Shown here: positions 9,702 through 16,751 of the stretch, piece after piece
Layout of the letters: every line of letters begins with the position of its first letter
Position numbering within the stretch: position 1 is the first letter of the stretch
Assembly: GCA_964526325.1 (NCBI GenBank)
Contig: CAZGKM010000005.1
Coordinates: 113 to 64,112, forward strand
Origin: an uncultured Gammaproteobacteria bacterium
GTDB taxonomy: Bacteria; Patescibacteriota; Patescibacteriia; Patescibacteriales; GWC2-42-12
Reading direction: 5' to 3'
Length of the DNA stretch: 64,000 bases
Translations under genes and position numbers: made by a program
The notes under the pieces: generated by a model
What the model was told of the DNA's origin: nothing
The model's input: the letters and a program-made list of their open reading frames with translations, nothing else
Database searches by the model: none

Positions 9702-9719
9702 TTCACATCAATAATTATT

Positions 9720-9785
9720 ATCAAATAAAATTTTATGGCCGTAGCCCCGCATTTGCGGGGCGCTAAGCATTAAATTTTATTTGAT
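9720..9785 (-). repeat. Structured intergenic element, copy 1 (long AU stem plus GC apical hairpin)
   Basis: The outer arms atcaaataaaatttta.../...taaattttatttgat pair perfectly for 14 bp. They enclose gccccgc-attt-gcggggc, a 7 bp stem. The element is homologous to 19512..19572. Confidence 0.7.
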
Positions 9786-9836
9786 ACAATATAATTTTGG
9801 AAATATTAAAACCTTTTTTAAAAAGGTTTTAAAGTC

Positions 9837-10370
9837 TTACCTCCAGTTATATAAATAAGTTTCACCGGTATAATTATGATTTTGCGTTCCGTCTTTCCAG
9901 CGGATAGCGCATTTTACATCTAAATAATCAACATTATCAACCACAGTAATCAAGCGATAAAAATTTGTCGGCGTATTACCGCTTGATTCGTGAGTATAAA
10001 AACCATTGCTATCAATATACAATCTGGCGCTGGCGTCATCTATGGAATTCGCGGACATATTAATGCTCACTAAACCTCTATAATCTACGGTATAAGTGCC
10101 ATCGCCTACAATATTTTGATTCCAAACATTTCCCGGGGTTAACCAATTCAAATCCCTGATATTTCTTACAAGTTCCAGGCCCTCGCCGGCTAAACCCGAA
10201 GCGATTAAAACATTTTTATTTATATACTGAGCTTCTACGTTTTGAATAACTAAAGACATAACGCCAACCATACCCATGGCGATTATCATCATCGCAACCA
10301 CAACCTCCAAAATGCTTATGCCCGAATTGTCGGAAATTTTTTTTATTTTCACCCCGTTAGATATTTTCAT
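9837..10370 (-). CDS. Type IV minor pilin (PilV/GspI-like)
   Basis: The leader MKISNGVKIKKISDNSG is followed by ISILEVVVAMMIIAMGMVGVMSLV, a prepilin-type hydrophobic N-terminus with Glu at +5. Confidence 0.8.
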   Translation of the reverse strand: MKISNGVKIKKISDNSGISILEVVVAMMIIAMGMVGVMSLVIQNVEAQYINKNVLIASGLAGEGLELVRNIRDLNWLTPGNVWNQNIVGDGTYTVDYRGLVSINMSANSIDDASARLYIDSNGFYTHESSGNTPTNFYRLITVVDNVDYLDVKCAIRWKDGTQNHNYTGETYLYNWR

Positions 10371-10413
10371 GATTTTATCAATTCGCCCCGTTAAAAATCA
10401 ATATCTAACGGGG
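10352..10413 (-). promoter_or_regulatory. Leader inverted repeat spanning the start codon of the 9837..10370 gene, with an alternative hairpin
   Basis: The sequence ccccgttagatat (10352..10364, codons 3-7) is perfectly complementary over 13 bp to atatctaacgggg (10401..10413). The same right arm can instead pair with ccccgtta at 10386..10393 (8 bp). The element is paralogous to the 9626..9701 leader. Confidence 0.55.
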
Positions 10414-10419
10414 TTAATT

Positions 10420-10968
10420 TTAATCCGTATCAATTAAGCCAAAAAAATTAACGAAAACAGTAGCCGTTGAATTATTGACGTTTTCTTTTAATATAATTCT
10501 GGCGGTCGTATTATTAAAGCCGTTAATGTAAGTGGCCGGATCGGGCGGAAAAAATACAATATCTACCGGACTGGCCGGACTTAAAAAATTTATAGTTATT
10601 CCGGCTGGTAAATTTTTAACCTCTACTGCCTCGCCAGCGTCATAAGCCTGATTGCCGTCAGGAAAATTTTTATCGGCAAAAATTATATAATGAGTCGGGT
10701 CGGACAAGCTGAAATGAACGCCCCAGCCGCCGCCAGGAATATTAACGCCGTCGTAAGTTTTTGAGCCAAGACTATAATTTTGCGCTATTCTAATGTCGGA
10801 TACCAGTTTCTGTTTTACCATGCCAAGTTCCGAGCGTTTATTTGTACCGTGATAATTAACCATAAAAAGACCGCTCATCAATGTAATTATAAAAATACTA
10901 ACCGTCAACTCGATTAGGGTAAAGCCGGAAAAATCCGTTATTTTATTATTTTTAATTTTATTCGGCAT
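10420..10968 (-). CDS. Type IV minor pilin (FimT/FimU/GspH-like)
   Basis: The leader MPNKIKNNKITDFSG is followed by FTLIELTVSIFIITLMSGLF, the canonical GFTLIE prepilin motif. It is the first gene of the minor-pilin block. Confidence 0.85.
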   Translation of the reverse strand: MPNKIKNNKITDFSGFTLIELTVSIFIITLMSGLFMVNYHGTNKRSELGMVKQKLVSDIRIAQNYSLGSKTYDGVNIPGGGWGVHFSLSDPTHYIIFADKNFPDGNQAYDAGEAVEVKNLPAGITINFLSPASPVDIVFFPPDPATYINGFNNTTARIILKENVNNSTATVFVNFFGLIDTD

Positions 10969-11015
10969 ATTTATTTAAATTTAGCGCGGCGCCAGCCACG
11001 CTAAAAATATTTTTT

Positions 11016-11183
11016 ATGTCATTACGAGGAACCACTTTAGTCCCAGACTTGACCCGGTGGGGCGCAGCAATCTCATTTCTTATCTGTCATGCTGGAACGA
11101 AACGAAGTGGAACGATAGCATTTCGCGGCTAGCGCACTTTTCACGAGATTCTATCGGTCGCTGGCACTCCCTCCAGAATGACA
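11016..11183. repeat. Cluster of three TGTCATT...GATTCTC/AATGACA-type intergenic repeat units
   Basis: The units are tgtcattacgagg...gcagcaatctca (forward), tgtcatgctggaacga...gatagcat, and gagattctatcgg...ccagaatgacaa (reverse). They belong to the same family as 45302..45405. Confidence 0.7.
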
Positions 11184-11220
11184 AAGCTACGAGTCGCTCG
11201 CAATAAAATTTTAATAAATT

Positions 11221-12627
11221 CTAGTCCGGCTTAACTTCTTTCCAGATCGGCAATTGAGCGTTGATATTAATTATTTTTGAAGTTGAAACATAATAACCGT
11301 CAGCGTCAGTCACTTTTAAAGTTATCGTGAAATTACCGGCCGAAGTAAAAATTATAATAGGCGTCGTGGTGGCGGGATCGTTAATATTAGCGCCCGGAGC
11401 GGTCCATTCATACGTACATTGGTCATTTGTACAATCAATTACGGTGCTCGGCGCCGAACTTAGATAAACTTTACTTTCATTGGTAAATTTAACTTCTTCG
11501 TCCTGGCTTGGATTGCTCGGGAAAAAAGAAAAGTCGGCTATGGGCATTTCATGTTTATAGGTTGTAAAAGTTAAAGGCAATCCATCGTCGGCTTCTATGG
11601 GAGTATCTTGAGGGTTATTATACTGCGTGAAAGACGAATACTTATGAGAAATATTATCATCACTAACCTTAACCCACCAATAATATGATGTATCATAATT
11701 TAATGACATGTCTGATGAATTGATAAAAAATTCATTAGTATTGTTGTTGTCAATTTTACATTTAACCGGCAAACTAACCGGATTATTAAAATCAAAGCAC
11801 TCGCCGGAATCAAAAAGAGGATCGGCCGGATCGCTGTCATCATCAACGATTATTTGATAAGAGTACTGGCTCTGCCCGGCGTCCGAATCGCTAAAAGTCC
11901 AACCAAGCTTAGCTCTTAAAGCGTCATTATTGTCTCTGGCATCTTTAAAGCTCCAATTAGGCGCGGTCATGTCGGTAACGCTGGGCGGACGATTAATATC
12001 GGCGGCAACTTTATAATTTGAAACTCCGCAAGAACTATCGTTAGAGCAATTAAAACTTAGCCAGCCGATACCTGATTCATTGTCGTTGGCATTCCATGCC
12101 CAGCCCAAAAAACTATTGGTCGCCTGATCTATGGTTACGCCGTTTGCCCAAGCATCATTAAATTTTATCCAGCCGTTATCTCCCATAGCAATAATTTTTC
12201 CCCAGCCATAAACCTTGCTATCCGTCCAATTATAACAAGCCGTACAGCTGTTAGAAGCCGAGCAGCTGCCGGCCGTTGCGCAATTGGCGTTAAAAACATA
12301 ATCCGGTGCGCCGATCTCATTAAAACTAATCCAGCCGACATTCGAACTCCAAGCATAACCGCTAAAATGGCCGGTAATTAAATCTACATTTACGCCATAA
12401 TTACTGTTTACGCAAGGCGGACTATCGTTAGTACAGTTAAAACTTACCCAGCCGATATTTGAGCTCCAAGCCCAGCCGTTAATATTATGACTGGCGCTGG
12501 CGCTGCTGATTTTAATGTTTTGCCTAAATCCAAACTCGTAATAAACAATGGCCAAGCTTAAGCCAAAAGCTATAATAAACATTAAAATTGTGATAAGCCA
12601 AGTTTTTGCCTTAAAATAATCTTTCAT
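11221..12627 (-). CDS. Membrane-anchored GW-repeat / PKD-domain protein
   Basis: It has an N-terminal TM segment (WLITILMFIIAFGLSLAIVYY). The motif G[WY]AWS.N.GW[IVL]SFN occurs four times. The C-terminal segment is PKD-like (PIADFSFFPSNPSQDEEVKFTN...FTITLKVTDADGY). Confidence 0.8.
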   Translation of the reverse strand: MKDYFKAKTWLITILMFIIAFGLSLAIVYYEFGFRQNIKISSASASHNINGWAWSSNIGWVSFNCTNDSPPCVNSNYGVNVDLITGHFSGYAWSSNVGWISFNEIGAPDYVFNANCATAGSCSASNSCTACYNWTDSKVYGWGKIIAMGDNGWIKFNDAWANGVTIDQATNSFLGWAWNANDNESGIGWLSFNCSNDSSCGVSNYKVAADINRPPSVTDMTAPNWSFKDARDNNDALRAKLGWTFSDSDAGQSQYSYQIIVDDDSDPADPLFDSGECFDFNNPVSLPVKCKIDNNNTNEFFINSSDMSLNYDTSYYWWVKVSDDNISHKYSSFTQYNNPQDTPIEADDGLPLTFTTYKHEMPIADFSFFPSNPSQDEEVKFTNESKVYLSSAPSTVIDCTNDQCTYEWTAPGANINDPATTTPIIIFTSAGNFTITLKVTDADGYYVSTSKIININAQLPIWKEVKPD

Positions 12628-12636
12628 AAAATTATA

Positions 12637-13428
12637 TTAAAATATATTTAAATACCAGTTTAAAATCTGTTCTTGCCAAAATAAGCTAATTACGGTGCCA
12701 ACGGACAAAAAAACTCCAAGTGGCACTTCGGAACCCCATTGCTTTTTACGCCCAAAAATTAAACCAACGCCGATAATAGAACCAATAAAATATGAAATAA
12801 TTATAGCGACTAATACGCCCGGCCAGCCTAAAGACAAACCGATTAAAAGGCCCAGCCTAATATCGCCGCCGCCGATCCATTTACCTTTAGAGATTACGAA
12901 CTGAAAGAGGAAAAAGCTACCTCCTATTATACCAGAAATTAGTAAATTCCACAAATTAAAACCTAAGATTAAATTAATAATCAGCATAACTAAACAGGCG
13001 GGAAAAGTAACTATGTCTAAAATTAAATACCAGCGCAAATCATAAATAAAAACCACAATCATAACACAAATTAAAAACCAATCGCGCAAAACTTTTATTG
13101 AGAATTGAAAATTGAGAATTGCTTGAAAATTGTTTAAAAATTGAAAATTAATGACAAAGGCAACAACAAATAAAATGCCGGTTATTAACTCAATCGCCGG
13201 ATACTGCCACGATATTGGCTTTTTACATTGCCGGCACTTTCCCTTAAGCATTATAAAACTTAAAATCGGAATATTATCGTACCAAAAAATTTGTTTTTTG
13301 CATTTCGGGCAATAAGAACGGTTAAATAAGCCTTCTTTTTTATGCAAACGCCAAATCAGACAATTTAAAAATGAACCGATGATCAGACCGAAGATGAAAA
13401 CAAAAGTTAAAATTATTTGTGTAGACAT
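12637..13428 (-). CDS. pilD: Prepilin peptidase / N-methyltransferase PilD (A24 family)
   Basis: Motifs include IIGSFLNCLIWRL, the zinc-type pairs CPKC...CRQC and YPAIELITGILF. I place the start at ATG 13428 (MSTQIILTF). The track's longer start at 13470 runs into an intergenic repeat. Confidence 0.9.
   Translation of the reverse strand: MSTQIILTFVFIFGLIIGSFLNCLIWRLHKKEGLFNRSYCPKCKKQIFWYDNIPILSFIMLKGKCRQCKKPISWQYPAIELITGILFVVAFVINFQFLNNFQAILNFQFSIKVLRDWFLICVMIVVFIYDLRWYLILDIVTFPACLVMLIINLILGFNLWNLLISGIIGGSFFLFQFVISKGKWIGGGDIRLGLLIGLSLGWPGVLVAIIISYFIGSIIGVGLIFGRKKQWGSEVPLGVFLSVGTVISLFWQEQILNWYLNIF
13097..13155. repeat. GAAAATTGAAAATT-family repeat embedded in frame in pilD
   Basis: The sequence attgagaattgaaaattgagaattgcttgaaaattgtttaaaaattgaaaatt encodes INFQFLNNFQAILNFQFSI. 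The same repeat type is otherwise intergenic, at about 43905..43925, 43985..44008 and 48085..48200. Confidence 0.65.
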
Positions 13429-13440
13429 AAAGAAATAATT

Positions 13441-13566
13441 ACAAATGACTAATGTCAAATGACAAATCAAGCAAAAAATCCTAATGTCAAAAAATTAATT
13501 AATCTGCCGGCAGGCAGGCAGGTTTTTTATTTAGTCATTTGGCATTGATTTGACATTCGTCATTGG
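13441..13566. repeat. Composite palindromic TGACAAATG/CATTTGTCA-family element with a central CTGCCGGCAGGCAGG palindrome
   Basis: The left half (acaaatgactaatgtcaaatgacaaat) and right half (tagtcatttggcattgatttgacattcgtcatt) are mutually inverted. The family recurs at 61802..61908 and inside recG. Confidence 0.7.
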
Positions 13567-13586
13567 AAATTTATTATTAAATTTTA

Positions 13587-15890
13587 TTATTTATTTAATT
13601 CACTATAATACTTTTTCAGTTCTTCATTATCCGGCGCTAATTTTAAAGCTTGGTTTAAATAATCCTTGGCCGCGGTTATATCTTTTTTATCGCGGTATAA
13701 AAGCGATAATTGCATAGGCCAATGGTAATCAGCCGGATTCAGCATTAAACCTCGCATATTAAGCTCAATGGCCTCGTCTAATTTATTTTGGACATAATAA
13801 ATATCGGCGATACTTTTATACAAAGTCGCTCTGTAAGGATCAAAACTCAATCCTTTTTTATAATTATCAAGCGCTAAACCGTAATTTTTTATCTTAAAAT
13901 ATGCCTTGCCCAGATTTTCATATAACCTAACCGCTATATTTGCAATTTTCCGGCGATGCTGGTCGTTTAAATACGGGTTATCAACGGTCGGTAAAATTTT
14001 AATCGCCTGATTAAAAATTTCTATCGCACCTTCGTAGTCTTCCTGCAGTATTTTTTGCTTGCCTAAATCTTCATAAACTTCCGTAAAATAAGGAAAATTC
14101 ATTATTAAATCATTAAATATTTTTTCCGCTTCCGCGTAATAAGCTTTATCATAATAGCCGAACGAAGAATAAACGCGGGCTGTATTATGCAAAAGGCCGT
14201 AAGTCTTGTTATCACCAATAGATCTAATTCGCTCGATTAAATTTTCGCTTAGCTTTTTTTGGGCTGATTCATCTTTAACCGAAGAAAAGCAATTTACCAT
14301 TAAAAAAAGATAATTTTCCTGATAATAATTACTATTCGGGCTTAAGCTAATTACCTTTTCCATATTATTTATTACGCCCCGGCAATCCGAAGATTTAATT
14401 GAATTTAAAGCCTTCATATAAAAAATTTCCGCTCTGGCCTGATTTATATTATTAAAATATATAAATACCGCCGATACCAAAAATAATAACGTAAAAATCA
14501 ATAATTTTGAAAATGCGGTTAAGCGTATATTTAAAATTTTAACCTCTGCCTTACAGTTTATTATAATCCAACAAATAGCTAAAATTAAATATAAATATAC
14601 CGAAACAGTAAATAAGGAAAAACTAAAAAGATTATTAATGCAATACGCGGTTAAAGAAGAAAATAAAAATATTAAAAGCCAATCCTCTGGCTCATATTTT
14701 TGTTTAACCGATAAAAATACAATCGTTCGATAAATAAAATATATATAAAATAATAAATTGGCTAAAAGCCCTAAAAAACCTAAAGATAAAATTTTATCAA
14801 ACAGCCAATTATGCGCTCTGTCCGGCAAACTGTTGATAGTTTCGTGCACGCCCCAGTCAATCCGGTAATATTTCATAAAAATATCCGCTAAAACTTCCGG
14901 GCCGTAACCGACAAGCAGCCTTAAATAACTTGCCTGTTTTATTTCTTTAACCGCCGATTCAAGATAATAAAATCTCATTATATTGGAACCGCCCTTAAAA
15001 TCGCTAACGCTTTTTAGCCGATTAACCAAATTAACCGAATTGTAGTCGCCTAATTTAACCGGGCTGATTATGTTTAAGCTTAAAATAAATAAGACGCCGA
15101 TTAAAATTAAGCCCATAAGCCCAAAAGCTGCTTTTTTAAAACCCTTATAAAAAAACCAAATAATCATTAAAAAAAACATTGAACCTAAAAATCCTAGCCA
15201 AGCCGCCCGAGAATATGTAAAAACCAGGCAAACCAACTGCATAACAAAAACTAAACCGACTAAAAATTTAACCATTATTTTTTTGGCTATAAAAATTAAA
15301 GCGTAAAAGCTAAAAGGCAAAACCATAATCAGCCAATGCCCGAAAAAATTAGGCTGGCCCAAGGTAGAAAAAATACGTTCGCTGTTTACGCTTTCGTTCC
15401 AGGATAGCGGGTCAAGATTAAAATATTGGACTAAACCGTAAGCCGAAACTAAAAACGCCGAAGCAATAACGGCGATACTTATACGCTTTAATTGCTTATA
15501 ATTTTCAATATTTAATATAAATAATCCAAAAAACAGCAAATAATTAAAAAAATTGTAAAAACCTTGCTGCCTAAAAAAGTCGCCCCAAAAACTTTGAGCC
15601 GGATGAAGGGAAAAAAAAGAACTTACAAAAAACGAAATTAATATCAAGCCGGCCAATATAAAAATTTTAGCGTTACCGCGATAATTCAATCCGTTATTAA
15701 TAAATACTTTAACCGTAAAACTTAAAAGCATTAAAACTAAAATTATTCTGAAAAAAACCGCCTTATAAAGATCAAAAAAATTATAGCTTGACATGCTAAA
15801 ATCAAAAATTACGGGAATAAAAAAAATTATAGCCAGAATGCCGAATTCTATAAAATAACCGCAAATTTTTACAACTTTCTCCTTCGCCAT
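13587..15890 (-). CDS. Polytopic O-antigen-ligase (Wzy_C) family protein fused to C-terminal TPR repeats; candidate pilin glycosylation enzyme
   Basis: It has about 12 TM helices and the ligase-family motif YSRAAWLGFLGS. The C-terminal 280 aa or so are TPR-like (YYEAEKIF, GKAYFKIKNYGLALDNYKKGL, LDEAIELNMRGLMLNP). I place the start at ATG 15890 (MAKEKVV), because the track start at 15995 overlaps the pilin terminator. Confidence 0.8.
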   Translation of the reverse strand: MAKEKVVKICGYFIEFGILAIIFFIPVIFDFSMSSYNFFDLYKAVFFRIILVLMLLSFTVKVFINNGLNYRGNAKIFILAGLILISFFVSSFFSLHPAQSFWGDFFRQQGFYNFFNYLLFFGLFILNIENYKQLKRISIAVIASAFLVSAYGLVQYFNLDPLSWNESVNSERIFSTLGQPNFFGHWLIMVLPFSFYALIFIAKKIMVKFLVGLVFVMQLVCLVFTYSRAAWLGFLGSMFFLMIIWFFYKGFKKAAFGLMGLILIGVLFILSLNIISPVKLGDYNSVNLVNRLKSVSDFKGGSNIMRFYYLESAVKEIKQASYLRLLVGYGPEVLADIFMKYYRIDWGVHETINSLPDRAHNWLFDKILSLGFLGLLANLLFYIYFIYRTIVFLSVKQKYEPEDWLLIFLFSSLTAYCINNLFSFSLFTVSVYLYLILAICWIIINCKAEVKILNIRLTAFSKLLIFTLLFLVSAVFIYFNNINQARAEIFYMKALNSIKSSDCRGVINNMEKVISLSPNSNYYQENYLFLMVNCFSSVKDESAQKKLSENLIERIRSIGDNKTYGLLHNTARVYSSFGYYDKAYYAEAEKIFNDLIMNFPYFTEVYEDLGKQKILQEDYEGAIEIFNQAIKILPTVDNPYLNDQHRRKIANIAVRLYENLGKAYFKIKNYGLALDNYKKGLSFDPYRATLYKSIADIYYVQNKLDEAIELNMRGLMLNPADYHWPMQLSLLYRDKKDITAAKDYLNQALKLAPDNEELKKYYSELNK

Positions 15891-15980
15891 ATAACGCTTA
15901 ATTATGTCTATATTATAACTCAAATAAACCGCCGAGAACAGTATAAATAAATTTCTTCTCCTATTTTTGGCGCTACATAT

Positions 15981-16010
15981 AAAAGAGCCCCGCAAATGCG
16001 GGGCTCTTTT
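15981..16010 (-). terminator. Rho-independent terminator of the major pilin gene
   Basis: The sequence aaaagagccccgcaaatgcggggctctttt has a 9-10 bp GC-rich stem flanked by an A-run and a U-run. It lies 39 nt after the pilin stop. Confidence 0.85.
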
Positions 16011-16048
16011 ATATAAACCCTTAATAGGACCCTTTTAAAGATTTTTAT

Positions 16049-16462
16049 TTATTGAATACCGCCTGGATAGGCCGTATGAATACCCGCTGATACCCCTCCG
16101 GTTACACCTCCTAAACAATATTGCAAAGTATAAGTAGAGTAAGGATCTGCGGAAACGTAAGTATAAATGTTACCGGCCGCGCAAGTGCCGTCATTTACCG
16201 GAGCCGGATTGGTTGGGACAGTGCTCATGTAAGTAACGCCACCGCTGGCGATTGAAGTGCCTAATGAGGACGGATAAGCGTTGACATCGTTATAATACAA
16301 TTCCAAGGCTGTTTGAATCTGTTTTATGTCGGAAACGCGCTTAGCGTCTCTTGATTTCATTCTGGCGTTATTTAAGGCCACTACGGCTAAAGTTGACAAT
16401 AAGCCGATAATAGCGATAACCACCAATAACTCAATTAAAGTAAAACCTTGTTGTTTTTTCAT
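16049..16462 (-). CDS. pilA: Major type IV pilin
   Basis: The N-terminus MKKQQGFTLIELLVVIAIIGLLSTLAVVALNNARMKSRDAKR is a canonical short-leader class III signal. A strong SD (GGGGAGGUGA) lies upstream, and the gene has its own terminator. Confidence 0.9.
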   Translation of the reverse strand: MKKQQGFTLIELLVVIAIIGLLSTLAVVALNNARMKSRDAKRVSDIKQIQTALELYYNDVNAYPSSLGTSIASGGVTYMSTVPTNPAPVNDGTCAAGNIYTYVSADPYSTYTLQYCLGGVTGGVSAGIHTAYPGGIQ

Positions 16463-16497
16463 AGTTCACCTCCCCTCTGGTTCACACGAATTATTAG

Positions 16498-16552
16498 CCC
16501 CGTTAAATATTTTCGATTTCACCGAAATTACCGCTTAGCGGTATTTAACGGG
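16498..16552 (-). promoter_or_regulatory. Structured element in the pilin 5' UTR (11-bp closing stem around two small hairpins)
   Basis: The sequence cccgttaaata (16499..16509) pairs with tatttaacggg (16542..16552). Inside the stem are tttcg-atttcac-cgaaa and taccgc-tta-gcggta. The core matches the CCCCGTTA family. Confidence 0.5.
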
Positions 16553-16654
16553 ACAAACCCAAAATTAAAACAAGCATGGGAATTTAATCGTGAAATTAAT
16601 TTATTATATTTATCCCAACACCCATTTACGAATGCTGGATTGTACTTATCCACA

Positions 16655-16683
16655 ATTATACCATAAAAATTAAATATTTGCAT
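16655..16683 (-). promoter_or_regulatory. Putative sigma-70 promoter of the pilin gene (extended -10)
   Basis: The minus strand reads ATGCAA, a 17 nt spacer, then TGGTATAAT. The -10 is at 16660..16655 and the -35 at 16683..16678. This implies a 5' UTR of about 185 nt. Confidence 0.45.
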
Positions 16684-16751
16684 TGCAACCCTTCCAATAT
16701 CTGCTTGTAATCAACTTAAATAGATGATTGCCGAAACAAAAATTAAAAATT

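Noticed and set aside
16326-16666. ORFs 16326..16538(+) and 16448..16666(+) over the pilin start and leader
   Set aside because: They are antisense to the pilin gene and its structured 5' UTR. Their open frames are explained by AT-rich sequence lacking stops.
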